Of a stretch of 64,000 nt of DNA, positions 1-9,329 are shown in pieces (position 1 is the first letter of the stretch; every line of letters begins with the position of its first letter). This DNA is from an uncultured Selenomonadales bacterium. GTDB taxonomy: Bacteria > Bacillota > Negativicutes > Selenomonadales > Selenomonadaceae. The notes beneath the pieces were generated by a model. It did no database searches and was not told the DNA's origin. It worked only from the letters and a program-made list of their open reading frames with translations. Location of the stretch: assembly GCA_937910665.1 (NCBI GenBank), contig CALEPR010000036.1, forward strand, positions 1,198 to 65,197, in the 5' to 3' direction. Position numbers and translations under genes: made by a program.

Positions 1-758
1 CTTGGGCGACGGTCATCGCAAATGCAGTCAGCGCATTTATTTTATTTCGCGCCTTGCGACAATCCGCTCAACTTATTCGGTTGGATTTTGAAGAATCGGA
101 ACTCGACAAAAATTGTTTGAAAGAAATTATTCGCATCGGACTTCCTGCCGGGATTCAGGGAATGGTCTTTTCGCTTTCAAATTTGCTGATTCAAGCCGCG
201 ATAAACTCACTCGGGCCTGATGCTATGGCGGCGAGTGCGGCGGCGTTCACGATTGAAATAAATGTTTTCTGTCTGACAAGCGGATTTGGACAGGCGGCAA
301 CAACTTTTGTTAGTCAAAATTACGGCGCAGGAAATTTGCCGCGCTGCAAGGAAGCTACAAAAATTGCACTGGGATTAAATTCCTTGCTGATGATAATTTT
401 GTCTGCGTTTATACTTTTCTTCGCCGAGCCGCTTGTAACATTTTTTAATTCCGATCCGGAAGTTGTTCGGCTGGGCGTTATAAGAATTTGGTACATAATC
501 GCGCCTGAAATAATTTCGGTCGTCATGGAAATAGTTTCCGGTGCTCTGCGCGGTTATGGAATTTCTCTCGCGCCCGCGATAATAACTTTGATTTTTGTCT
601 GCGGAATCAGAATAACTTGGGTGTTCACTGTCTTTGCAAATAATCCTACTTATGAAACTTTGATGGCGGTTTACGGACTGAGTTGGTTTTTCACAATGAT
701 TTTTTTGATAATTGCGTACAGATTCTACACAAAAAATTTGAAAGTTGTTCCTGTCTGA
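1..758 (+). CDS. MATE family efflux transporter (5' end outside window)
   Basis: The frame is open from the window edge to TGA at 756-758. The protein is polytopic and hydrophobic with MATE-like segments (GLPAGIQGMVFSLSN, QNYGAGN). Confidence 0.85.
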   Translation, partial: WATVIANAVSAFILFRALRQSAQLIRLDFEESELDKNCLKEIIRIGLPAGIQGMVFSLSNLLIQAAINSLGPDAMAASAAAFTIEINVFCLTSGFGQAATTFVSQNYGAGNLPRCKEATKIALGLNSLLMIILSAFILFFAEPLVTFFNSDPEVVRLGVIRIWYIIAPEIISVVMEIVSGALRGYGISLAPAIITLIFVCGIRITWVFTVFANNPTYETLMAVYGLSWFFTMIFLIIAYRFYTKNLKVVPV

Positions 759-843
759 ATTTTGAAATGATGTAAAATTTTTTCTTGGAAACTTTCTTTC
801 AAAATAAAATTGTGGAGCGCGAAAAAAATTTTCTGTCACAAAA

Positions 844-876
844 AAAGACTCGGACATTTTCGACAGAGTCTTTTTT
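844..876. terminator. Hairpin plus T-run between convergent MATE and psd genes
   Basis: AAGACTC (844-850) pairs with GAGTCTT (865-871) and is followed by TTTTT. Confidence 0.5.
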
Positions 877-880
877 AATT

Positions 881-1510
881 TTAAAATTTAATCTTGCCGA
901 TAACAGTTTCTCCGCCACGAACTTTCTGACCTTTCTGAACAAAAACTTCAACATTTTTCGGCACAACAATTTCAGTACAGGAACCGAATCGAATCAAGCC
1001 ATAAAGTTCGCCCTTCTCAAGTTTATCATCGAGCGTAACCCAGCTGACAATTCTCCGCGCCAAAATTCCTGCAATCTGTGTGACCGTCACGCGCAATTTT
1101 TCATTTTCAATTCCGATTAAATGTCGCTCATTTTCAAAACCGACTGTATCTTTGTACGCGGGACGAAATCTGCCGCAAATATATTTTTGCAATTTAATTT
1201 CTCCGGCTATTGGACTGCGATTGACATGGACATCGAAAACCGACAAGAAGATTATAATTTTTTTGCAGGGAGACTTAACAAATTCATCGTCGTCCAAGTC
1301 AACAATATCTTGGACAGTTCCATCTGCCGGAGAAACTATCAGCGACTCATCGGCAGGAATTTTTCTTTCAGGACTGCGAAAAAAATAAATGCAATAACAA
1401 CCAATCACGGCAGGTAAAATTGCTGCGTACGGATTTATCGTCACTCCGAGAAAAAGAGCGATTATAAACGCCACGCCGGCGAAATAATATCCTTCACGAA
1501 TAATTTGCAC
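881..1510 (-). CDS. psd: Phosphatidylserine decarboxylase (short form)
   Basis: 209 aa with FDVHVNRSP and the self-cleavage-type motif IRFGSCTE. An N-terminal TM segment is present. GTG start after an aaGGTGtGAG Shine-Dalgarno (SD) sequence. Confidence 0.85.
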   Translation of the reverse strand: MQIIREGYYFAGVAFIIALFLGVTINPYAAILPAVIGCYCIYFFRSPERKIPADESLIVSPADGTVQDIVDLDDDEFVKSPCKKIIIFLSVFDVHVNRSPIAGEIKLQKYICGRFRPAYKDTVGFENERHLIGIENEKLRVTVTQIAGILARRIVSWVTLDDKLEKGELYGLIRFGSCTEIVVPKNVEVFVQKGQKVRGGETVIGKIKF

Positions 1511-1708
1511 AAGTTCTCACACCTTTTTTATTTTTAGCGTAATGAAAAAATTTTTGTCGACTTTCTACAATTTTCAAAAATTATATTCGGCGCAAGTTTT
1601 CATTATCCTTTCACTTAATTTAGAACTTGGGAATACAGCTTCTTAGATTTTATCCAAATGCCCCGGTTTTGAAAATTTCTGTTGAACACAGATTAAAATT
1701 TCTCAACT

Positions 1709-1736
1709 AAAAAGCCCTTCCAATTTTTGGAAAGGC
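1709..1736 (-). terminator. Rho-independent terminator after the anti-sigma kinase gene
   Basis: On the minus strand GCCTTTCC-aaaaatt-GGAAGGGC is followed by CTTTTT. Confidence 0.6.
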
Positions 1737-1758
1737 AAATTTTTTTTAGTCAAAGTGA

Positions 1759-2169
1759 TCAAGACAAATTTTTTGTGAGCGTCAAAATATTTTTTTCGTC
1801 GATGTAGTCGTAGGAAATTTTTTCAACCATATTTTTGACAAGATAAATTCCAAGTCCGCCAATCTGCCTTTCATCAACCGAAAGTTCAAGATTCGGATCT
1901 TCTTTTTCGAGAGGATTATATTTAACTCCGCTGTCGATAAAAAGCAAAGTTACCGCGAGAGGATCTTTTTGAATTTCGGTTCGCACTGTAACTTCACCGA
2001 CATATTCAGGATAGGAATAACTTGCAATATTTACAAAAATTTCCTCCACGATCACGCCGAGTTGCATCACAGATTTTTTTGAGCAATCAAATTCAGAAAT
2101 TGCGCGATTCACAAAATCATTCACCTTGTCGAGATTTTCCAGTCGCGCTTCGACAACTAATTCCTGCAT
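1759..2169 (-). CDS. RsbW/SpoIIAB-type anti-sigma factor serine kinase (HATPase_c)
   Basis: 136 aa with a GHKL-type N-box (EEIFVNIASYSY) and G-box (GGLGIYLVKNM). It lies 3 nt downstream of a STAS gene. Confidence 0.75.
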   Translation of the reverse strand: MQELVVEARLENLDKVNDFVNRAISEFDCSKKSVMQLGVIVEEIFVNIASYSYPEYVGEVTVRTEIQKDPLAVTLLFIDSGVKYNPLEKEDPNLELSVDERQIGGLGIYLVKNMVEKISYDYIDEKNILTLTKNLS

Positions 2170-2172
2170 AAA

Positions 2173-2478
2173 TTATTCCTCAATCTGCAAGAAGTTAATA
2201 AAGCCTGTCATATCCAAAACTTCTTTGACTTCTTCAGAAACATTTTTTATAGACATTTTGCCTTGCTTGTTCATTCTTTTCTGTGCGACGAGCAAAACTC
2301 GCAAACCTGCCGACGCAATATATTCCAATTTCGCGAAATCGAAAATTAAATTGTCCACACCGTCCAGAGAAGTTCCAAGTTCCTTTTCAAGTTGCGGAGC
2401 CGTCACCGCATCCAATCTGCCGACAAGTTCGATTGTCAAATTTTTTTCGCCGCCGTCAACTTTTTTAATAATTTCCAT
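2173..2478 (-). CDS. STAS-domain anti-sigma factor antagonist (RsbV/SpoIIAA-like)
   Basis: 101 aa with the STAS pattern FDFAKLEYIASAGLRVLL, which includes a candidate phospho-Ser. Confidence 0.8.
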   Translation of the reverse strand: MEIIKKVDGGEKNLTIELVGRLDAVTAPQLEKELGTSLDGVDNLIFDFAKLEYIASAGLRVLLVAQKRMNKQGKMSIKNVSEEVKEVLDMTGFINFLQIEE

Positions 2479-2518
2479 AAAAATCCTTCCTTTCTTGGGT
2501 TACAGAAAAATTATTTTG

Positions 2519-4039
2519 TCAACTTTCAATTGGCGGAGCAACTTTCATTTTCAAAAACATCATCACGCCGCCAAGACAAAGCAAACTGACTGCCAAACCT
2601 GCCCAGCCGTTTTGAGTTATGCCGTCAACCAAAAATCCGACAATACAGCAAGCTGAAACTGTTACAACGTAAGGAACTTGAGTTTCAACGTGTTCGAGGT
2701 GATTACACTGCGCCCCCGCCGATGCCAAAATTGTTGTATCGGAAATTGGCGAAGCATGATCGCCGCCGACCGAGCCGGACAAAATTGCCGCGACACAGAG
2801 AACTAAAAGTTGAGCCGCCTCTGCCTCAGGCAAGTTCGCAAGAATTGAAATTGAAATCGGAATCAAAATTCCAAAAGTTCCCCAGCTTGTTCCCGTTGCA
2901 AAAGCCAAACAAATTGCCACGATAAAAAATATTACAGGCAGGAAAACGGCAACATTATTATTTTCCTGAACAATTTCACCGACATAACCGCCAAGATTTA
3001 AATAGCTGTCGGAGCAAACTCCCGAAAGAGTCCAAGCCAAGCACAAAATAAAAATTGCAGGAACCATAGCTTTGAAACCTTGAGAGTAACATTCGCAGTA
3101 CTCGGAAAAGTTTATAACTTTTCTCGGCAGGTAGAGGAGCGAAATAAAAATCAGCGCGATGAACGAACCGAAAACTAAAGCCTGTGATGCGTCGCAATCT
3201 GCAAAAGCGTCAGCGATTGATTTTCCTTCGTGAATTCCTCCGGTGTACAACATTCCATAAATGCAGACAGAAATCAAAACGACCAGCGGCAAAACCAAGT
3301 CAATAATTTTTCCATTTCCGCCGACATTTTTTTCTGCCTCGACAGTGTCTTTGTATTCCTCAGGAATTTTGAAATCTTTAACATTGTCGTCAACAACTTT
3401 TCTCATCGTGGCAAAATCACGACCGCTGACAATTATAAAAGCCATAAAAACCATTGTTAAAATTGCGTAAAGATTGAAAGGAATTGTCTGCAAGAAAAGC
3501 GCAAAACCGTCGATGAAACTTCCTTCAGGCAGGGACGAGCCGACAGCCGCCGCCCAACTTGAAACTGGAGCGATAATACAAATTGGCGCAGCAGTCGAAT
3601 CGATAACGTAAGCCAATTTCGCCCGCGCGATTTTAAATTTGTCAGTGACCGGGCGCATAACAGTTCCGACAGTCAGACAGTTAAAATAGTCGTCGATAAA
3701 AATTAAAATTCCTAAAAATGCCGTAAGACCGAGCGCAGATTTTTTTCCCGAAATCACGCGACGCGCCCATTCTCCATAAGCGCGAGTTGCGCCCGACCGA
3801 GTTATCGCAGCGACCAAAATTCCCAAGATAACCAAGAACGCCAAAATATTAACGTTGCCGCCGACTTTGTTCGCCATAATTTCAAAAAAAGTCATGATAG
3901 ATTCAAAAAAATTTCCACCGGTAAAAAGCAGTGCGCCTGAAAAAATTCCAATTATCAGCGAAAAATAAACTTCCTTCGTGATAAGCGCAAGCGCGATTGT
4001 AATTATCGGCGGCAGGACTGACCAAGCAGTAGCTTCCAT
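2519..4039 (-). CDS. NhaC-family Na+/H+ antiporter-like membrane transporter
   Basis: 506 aa, highly hydrophobic. The N-terminus (SVLPPIITIALALITKEV) and overall layout resemble NhaC-family proteins. Confidence 0.65.
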   Translation of the reverse strand: MEATAWSVLPPIITIALALITKEVYFSLIIGIFSGALLFTGGNFFESIMTFFEIMANKVGGNVNILAFLVILGILVAAITRSGATRAYGEWARRVISGKKSALGLTAFLGILIFIDDYFNCLTVGTVMRPVTDKFKIARAKLAYVIDSTAAPICIIAPVSSWAAAVGSSLPEGSFIDGFALFLQTIPFNLYAILTMVFMAFIIVSGRDFATMRKVVDDNVKDFKIPEEYKDTVEAEKNVGGNGKIIDLVLPLVVLISVCIYGMLYTGGIHEGKSIADAFADCDASQALVFGSFIALIFISLLYLPRKVINFSEYCECYSQGFKAMVPAIFILCLAWTLSGVCSDSYLNLGGYVGEIVQENNNVAVFLPVIFFIVAICLAFATGTSWGTFGILIPISISILANLPEAEAAQLLVLCVAAILSGSVGGDHASPISDTTILASAGAQCNHLEHVETQVPYVVTVSACCIVGFLVDGITQNGWAGLAVSLLCLGGVMMFLKMKVAPPIES

Positions 4040-4146
4040 TTAAAATAAAACCTTCTTTCTAAAAAAATTAACGGCGATATTTTACAACAAAACCTTTATT
4101 CAAACAAGCCGTGAAAAATTTTTTCCAATCACACAGAAAAAATTTT

Positions 4147-5217
4147 TTAAATTTCTGCGGCAACTGCTTCGTCCTCTGACTGAGGTTTGCTCATAATTTG
4201 AATGTTGTAAGGATCTAAATGCAAACTTACTTCTTCGCCGACTTTTCGACCGTGAATAGATTGAACAAGCCAATCAAATCCTCCCGCCGAAACAATTATG
4301 TCGTAGGACATTCCCCAGAACCCGACGCGAGTTACAACTCCATTCAAGGCATTTTCCTGCGGCGCATCAAGCGTAATATCTTCAGGACGAATTTGAACAT
4401 CAACAGGACATTCTTCAGGAAAACCGACATCGACGCAAGGATAATCTCTTCCAAAAATTCTGACAAGTTTATCGCGAACCATAACTCCGTCAATAATATT
4501 ACTGTCACCGATGAAGTCAGCGACAAAAGCGTTTTCAGGTTCATTGTAAACATTTTCAGGCGTGCCTACCTGCTGAATATATCCTTGATTCATGACGACG
4601 ACTGTATCAGACATGGAAAGAGCTTCTTCTTGATCGTGAGTGACAAAAATAAAAGTTATTCCTGTTTCGCGATTGATTCTGACAAGTTCGTTTCTCATGG
4701 CGCGACGAAGTTTTAAATCGAGCGCGCTTAAAGGTTCGTCAAGCAATAAAACTTTCGGCTCATTGACAATGGCTCTGGCGATTGCAATTCGCTGTTGCTG
4801 ACCGCCCGAAAGTTTTGTAACGTCGTGAGTTTCATAACCGTCCAAGTTCACAAGTTTCAAAGCATATTTAATTTTTTCTTTGATGTAGTCGTCGGACTTG
4901 CCCGCGATTTTTGGACCGAAAGAAATATTTTCCTCAACATTCATGTGAGAGAAAAGAGAATATTTTTGAAAGACAGTGTTAATTGGTCTTTTGTTCGGTG
5001 GACTTTGAGTAATATCTTTGCCGTCGAAAATAATTTTTCCCGAGTCGGGCTGTTCAAAGCCTCCGATAATTCTGAGCAAAGTAGTTTTTCCGCAACCCGA
5101 AGGACCGAGCAAAGTTACAAATTCATTTTCATGAATTGTAAGATCAATTTCATCCAAGACAGTCAAACTTCCAAAAGTTTTAACAATATTTTCCAAATGA
5201 ATAAGTTCTCTTTTCAT
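4147..5217 (-). CDS. ABC importer ATP-binding protein, PotA/CysA-like with C-terminal TOBE-type domain
   Basis: Walker A GPSGCGKTT, signature LSGGQQQR, Walker B LLLDEP, and a ~110-aa C-terminal regulatory domain. Confidence 0.85.
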   Translation of the reverse strand: MKRELIHLENIVKTFGSLTVLDEIDLTIHENEFVTLLGPSGCGKTTLLRIIGGFEQPDSGKIIFDGKDITQSPPNKRPINTVFQKYSLFSHMNVEENISFGPKIAGKSDDYIKEKIKYALKLVNLDGYETHDVTKLSGGQQQRIAIARAIVNEPKVLLLDEPLSALDLKLRRAMRNELVRINRETGITFIFVTHDQEEALSMSDTVVVMNQGYIQQVGTPENVYNEPENAFVADFIGDSNIIDGVMVRDKLVRIFGRDYPCVDVGFPEECPVDVQIRPEDITLDAPQENALNGVVTRVGFWGMSYDIIVSAGGFDWLVQSIHGRKVGEEVSLHLDPYNIQIMSKPQSEDEAVAAEI

Positions 5218-5274
5218 TTCCCAGCAACCTTTCTGTTTTTTTGTAAAGTGGAATGTGCAATTATAAAAATTTTA

Positions 5275-5991
5275 TCAAACTATGTCAATTTTTTCATCAG
5301 TCTGAGCGGTCACGATGTCTTTTGTAATTTTTCCGTCCTTGACTAAAATTTGTCTGTCGGCGGCTTGAGCAATATCAGGTTCATGAGTGACCAAAATTAT
5401 TGTTGAGCCGCTTTTATGCAAGTCGCGAAAAATTTCCATGATTTCGCCTGTAGATTTTGTATCTAAATTTCCTGTCGGTTCGTCTGCCATAATGATCGAA
5501 GGTTTCATAGCTATCGCTCTGGCTATTGCTACTCTCTGCCGCTGTCCTCCGGAAAGTTCGCTCGGCAAATGTTCCGCTCTGTCCTCCAACGAAACTTTTT
5601 TCAGTGCGTCCCTTGCGAGAGACAATCTTTTTTCGGAATTTAAACCGGCATAGACTGCAGGGAGCGCGACATTTTCAAGACTGGAAAGTTTTGGCAGGAG
5701 ATTAAAATTTTGAAAAACAAAGCCGATAGTAGTGTTACGAATTTTTGCAAGTTCGTCGTCCGAAAGTCCGCTGACTTCTTTTCCCAAAAGTTTATAACTT
5801 CCTTCAGTCGGTCTGTCGAGGCATCCCAAAATATTCATCAGCGTGGATTTTCCCGAGCCGCTGGGTCCCATGAGCGCGACAAATTCTCCGGAATCAATTT
5901 TCAAATCTACTCCGTTCAGTGCGGCGACAATTTCACTACCCATCTTGTAAAGTTTTTTTACCCCGGATATTGTGACAACATTCGACACCAA
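5275..5991 (-). CDS. ABC ATP-binding protein, MacB/LolD/FtsE type
   Basis: Walker A GPSGSGKST, LSGGQRQR, IIMADEPTGNLD. The start is placed at TTG/GTG (5991/5988) just after AAGGGGGAG rather than at the ORF-track start 6012. Confidence 0.85.
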   Translation of the reverse strand: MVSNVVTISGVKKLYKMGSEIVAALNGVDLKIDSGEFVALMGPSGSGKSTLMNILGCLDRPTEGSYKLLGKEVSGLSDDELAKIRNTTIGFVFQNFNLLPKLSSLENVALPAVYAGLNSEKRLSLARDALKKVSLEDRAEHLPSELSGGQRQRVAIARAIAMKPSIIMADEPTGNLDTKSTGEIMEIFRDLHKSGSTIILVTHEPDIAQAADRQILVKDGKITKDIVTAQTDEKIDIV

Positions 5992-6338
5992 ATCACTCCC
6001 CCTTATGCACAATTTTTATAACAATTTTTTCTCCGCAAGAATCATTTACGATAGAAAAAATTGTTCAAACAAAAAGAAACATCACACTTTGAAAGTACAA
6101 ATTGTGATCCAAAAAGGTAAAATTATTTACAGCAATTTTTCTTCAGACAAAGTTCACTGCGGAAACATAAAATTTTTTGTGTAAATTATTTTGAAATTGA
6201 TCTGCAGACACAAATCGAAACTGTACTTACAAAAAAATTTCGGCACATTCCAACTAAAAAAATTGGCGACAATTTTTTTAAAAATTTTTTCTGTGCTGAG
6301 AACTGCTCCGTAAAAAAAAATTTTTGCAGGAAAAAAAT

Positions 6339-6698
6339 TTACTCCGGCATAATCTCAATCCAATATCCGTCAGGATCCTCGATGAAATAAATTCCCATCT
6401 CCTGATTTTCGTAGCAGATGCAATTCATTTTCTGATGTCGTTCGTGCGCCGCATCAAAATTTTCCGTCGTGAAGGCGATATGTGATTCATTGTCACCAAG
6501 TTCATAAGGCGTTTTCTTTTCTGCCAACCAAGTAAGTTCAAGTTTATGTTGACTTTTGAAAGAATCTCCCAAGTAAACCAAAATAAAATCTCCGTTATCC
6601 ATTCTTCCGACTTCCTGCAAGTCAAGAGCATTTTTGTAAAACTCTAAACTGCGTTCCAAATTGAAAACATTTAAATTATTGTGTGCAAACCGAAACAT
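6339..6698 (-). CDS. gloA: Glyoxalase I / VOC family protein
   Basis: 119 aa. The HNNLNV...LELTW...SHIAF...IEDPDGYWIEI pattern is typical of lactoylglutathione lyase. ATG at 6698 lies 7 nt after GGAGG. Confidence 0.75.
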   Translation of the reverse strand: MFRFAHNNLNVFNLERSLEFYKNALDLQEVGRMDNGDFILVYLGDSFKSQHKLELTWLAEKKTPYELGDNESHIAFTTENFDAAHERHQKMNCICYENQEMGIYFIEDPDGYWIEIMPE

Positions 6699-6722
6699 TT
6701 TTTTCCTCCCCAAAACTTTTTT

Positions 6723-8279
6723 TTACCAAGGCGTGAATTGCCAACGCACTTCCAATTTTTTTCTTTTGTCACGCCAACGCAAAATTGCCGTTGAACAATG
6801 CAAATCTCTGTACCAATAGTAATCGGCATCTGCTAACTTGCCGGTTTCAGTATCGAATTTCCAGCCGCAAACAATTCTGTCTTTGTCTGTCAACTTGTAA
6901 CTTATTCCTGTCTCAAATTTGTGCGAATAACTATCCAGGTCATAATCGAACAGTGAATTTTTAGAATTAAATTTGTTGTACAAGTATGCGGTATACATCG
7001 CGAACCTTTGATCAAAAGATTTTGAAATTCTGATGAGATAACTCACTCCGTCCACCTTACGTTTTGAATTTGATGCACTGACATGATCTTTTGTAATTTG
7101 ATAACTGGTGTAAAGAGCAAGTACATAATGACTTGGCAATATGATTGGATCGTGAGACAAACCAAAAACAATTTCTTGATGACGACTTGTAGCTGTCTGT
7201 TTTTTCCAATGACCGATGTCATATTCCATTCTGTAAGTTAAAGGCAGAGTCGGCAAATGTTTTCTGTAATAAAAATCCAGTGAAGGCTCTTTTTGAATCC
7301 AATTTGAATTGCTGTCGCGATAATAACCATAAAGTCCGCGAATTGAAAAATTTCTGTTGCTGTAATGAATTTCTGCGTTTGAGCGGACACCATTTTTTGT
7401 ATCTATGTGTGGATTGATATAACTTTTCACATGTTCGGAAAGAGGAAATTCAAAATTGTCCTCAACATAAACTCCGTCATCTTTATCATATCCGATGCTC
7501 GGGAAATAATTATCGTTTTCTTCGTCAATTCGCTTTTCCATGTAACCGCGAGTTCCGACGACTTTATTTTTGATCCACAACTTTGCGTTATACATTCGCA
7601 TAATTTGTTCAGGATAAATTTCTATTCTCTCCGCGCTAACGCTGTAGTCCGGAAGTTTTGCGTTGCATTTTGTTTCTCTGCCGTCGTGAATTACAACGTG
7701 GTCAGGATAAAATTCAAAACGCTTTCCGCTGACAAAATATTCTCCTGCTCTGCCCTTTGCCGCATCCATTGTGCCTGTCTTTGTGCCGTAATTGTAAACT
7801 GCGTTGTAGCCGTCCAAAGTTATTCGCGGAGCACCGGGAATAAGTTGCAGAACATGCGCCTTTCCTTCAACTTGAACTTCTTGCTTTAAAACATTTCCTG
7901 TCGCTTGTTCGCTCTGAAATCTGTATCCTTCAAGTTGAATTATATCGACCTTGCCTGTTGCGATAAATTCTCCTGTCACGGCGTTATAAATCATGTCGTC
8001 GCCTTCAAAAGCTGCAGGAACAGGTTCATCTTTTTGAATTGGTTTTGGAAGTCTTTCCTTAGCTTCCGCAATGTCCGAAAGCAATTTTCTTTGCTCGGCA
8101 GTCAAAACATTTCTGCGATCTGCGCGACGACGATTTTCAATGTAGTCAAAAATTGCCGTCCCTGTGTTCGAATAAGATCGATAAACCGCCTCCGCCTTGT
8201 CACAAAATTGAAACGGCAAGACAGAGGAAAACAAAGCTGTCGTCAGTAAAAATTTTTTTGTTTGATTAAAATTTTTCAT
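6723..8279 (-). CDS. lptD: Reduced LptD-like outer-membrane beta-barrel protein
   Basis: Signal peptide, an OstA/LptA-like N-terminal segment (DDMIYNAVTGEFIATGKVDIIQ), and a Tyr/Asn-rich barrel. An LptD-like C-terminal Cys region (YRDLHCSTAILRW) and a terminal aromatic residue (FTPW) are present. Its start overlaps the upstream gene's stop by 4 nt. Confidence 0.6.
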   Translation of the reverse strand: MKNFNQTKKFLLTTALFSSVLPFQFCDKAEAVYRSYSNTGTAIFDYIENRRRADRRNVLTAEQRKLLSDIAEAKERLPKPIQKDEPVPAAFEGDDMIYNAVTGEFIATGKVDIIQLEGYRFQSEQATGNVLKQEVQVEGKAHVLQLIPGAPRITLDGYNAVYNYGTKTGTMDAAKGRAGEYFVSGKRFEFYPDHVVIHDGRETKCNAKLPDYSVSAERIEIYPEQIMRMYNAKLWIKNKVVGTRGYMEKRIDEENDNYFPSIGYDKDDGVYVEDNFEFPLSEHVKSYINPHIDTKNGVRSNAEIHYSNRNFSIRGLYGYYRDSNSNWIQKEPSLDFYYRKHLPTLPLTYRMEYDIGHWKKQTATSRHQEIVFGLSHDPIILPSHYVLALYTSYQITKDHVSASNSKRKVDGVSYLIRISKSFDQRFAMYTAYLYNKFNSKNSLFDYDLDSYSHKFETGISYKLTDKDRIVCGWKFDTETGKLADADYYWYRDLHCSTAILRWRDKRKKLEVRWQFTPW

Positions 8280-9310
8280 TCTTCATCATCCAAGTAAAAA
8301 TCATCGTCATCTATAGTAATATTTTTTTTTCGAGTATTTTTTTTGTAAGTAGTTTTTGGAGTATCCTCCTCAACGGTCAAGGTTGAAGAAATTTTTAATG
8401 CTCCGTTGCTTGTCGACAATCCGTAAACTCCGGAAGAATTTTTTACCTGAACATAAAGTTCCGCGCCGGGTTTAATGTCAATATTTTTTCCGCGAACCAA
8501 AACTTTATTCCATTCGTCATTCAAATTCATCGCAACCAAACTTGCGCCCGCGATCATCTGCTTGTCAATCATTTCTTGCTTTGCTTCGTCTCCGACAAAA
8601 ATTTCAATCGATCTGCCCTCGAGAGTCCGAATTTCGTTAAAATCAATTTCAACTTTTCCATTTCTGCCGGTCCAACCTTTTGCCTTGCGGACGGAAGAAA
8701 CTTTTCCCGAGCCGAGCAAACCTTTAGCCAAGACCAATTTGCCGTTGATTATTACATCTTCGGCGACTTTGACGGTCACTTCGTCGCCAACTTGCAAAGT
8801 TTGCGAAGTGATCGAATCGACCAAAGAAACTTTTACCAAAGTATTTGCGGGAATTTGCACTCGCGTCAGAGGAATATTTTCTCCTCCGAAAGATGCTTTT
8901 GAAAGTGCGCGAATCCTTTCCGAAAAACTTCCTGCAGTCGGTTTACCCAAAATTTCATTCTCGAGTGAGGAAATTCTTTTTTCAAGTCCTCCGCTCGAAA
9001 CTTCTCGATTAAAATTCCATTCCAAAGCGTTGAGTTTTAAAAATATCCCGGATTTGCCGGCATTTGTATAAAGAGCATCATAGACCGCATCAATTCTGGC
9101 GTTCATGTTTCCCTGCATATTTTTTCCGCTGTAATCTTTTTCGACTTTTGCAATTCGACTCAAAATCGCGCCGATTTGTTCCGAGCCGTAAGTGTCCTGT
9201 TCAATCTGAATAAGTTTTTCGGTCGCGGAATTTGCAGCTTGAGCTATGAGCGGCGCAGAAAAAATTACTGCCGCAGTCATTCCCGCGCAAAAAATTTTTT
9301 TCCAGTTCAT
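8276..9310 (-). CDS. Secreted hypothetical protein
   Basis: ATG at 9310 follows a GGAGG SD. Signal peptide MNWKKIFCAGMTAAVIFSAPLIAQA. Helical N-terminal half with repeated L..LE..ILGK-type motifs and a beta-rich C-terminal half. Confidence 0.6.
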   Translation of the reverse strand: MNWKKIFCAGMTAAVIFSAPLIAQAANSATEKLIQIEQDTYGSEQIGAILSRIAKVEKDYSGKNMQGNMNARIDAVYDALYTNAGKSGIFLKLNALEWNFNREVSSGGLEKRISSLENEILGKPTAGSFSERIRALSKASFGGENIPLTRVQIPANTLVKVSLVDSITSQTLQVGDEVTVKVAEDVIINGKLVLAKGLLGSGKVSSVRKAKGWTGRNGKVEIDFNEIRTLEGRSIEIFVGDEAKQEMIDKQMIAGASLVAMNLNDEWNKVLVRGKNIDIKPGAELYVQVKNSSGVYGLSTSNGALKISSTLTVEEDTPKTTYKKNTRKKNITIDDDDFYLDDEE

Positions 9311-9329
9311 AATTTTTCCTCCACAAAAT

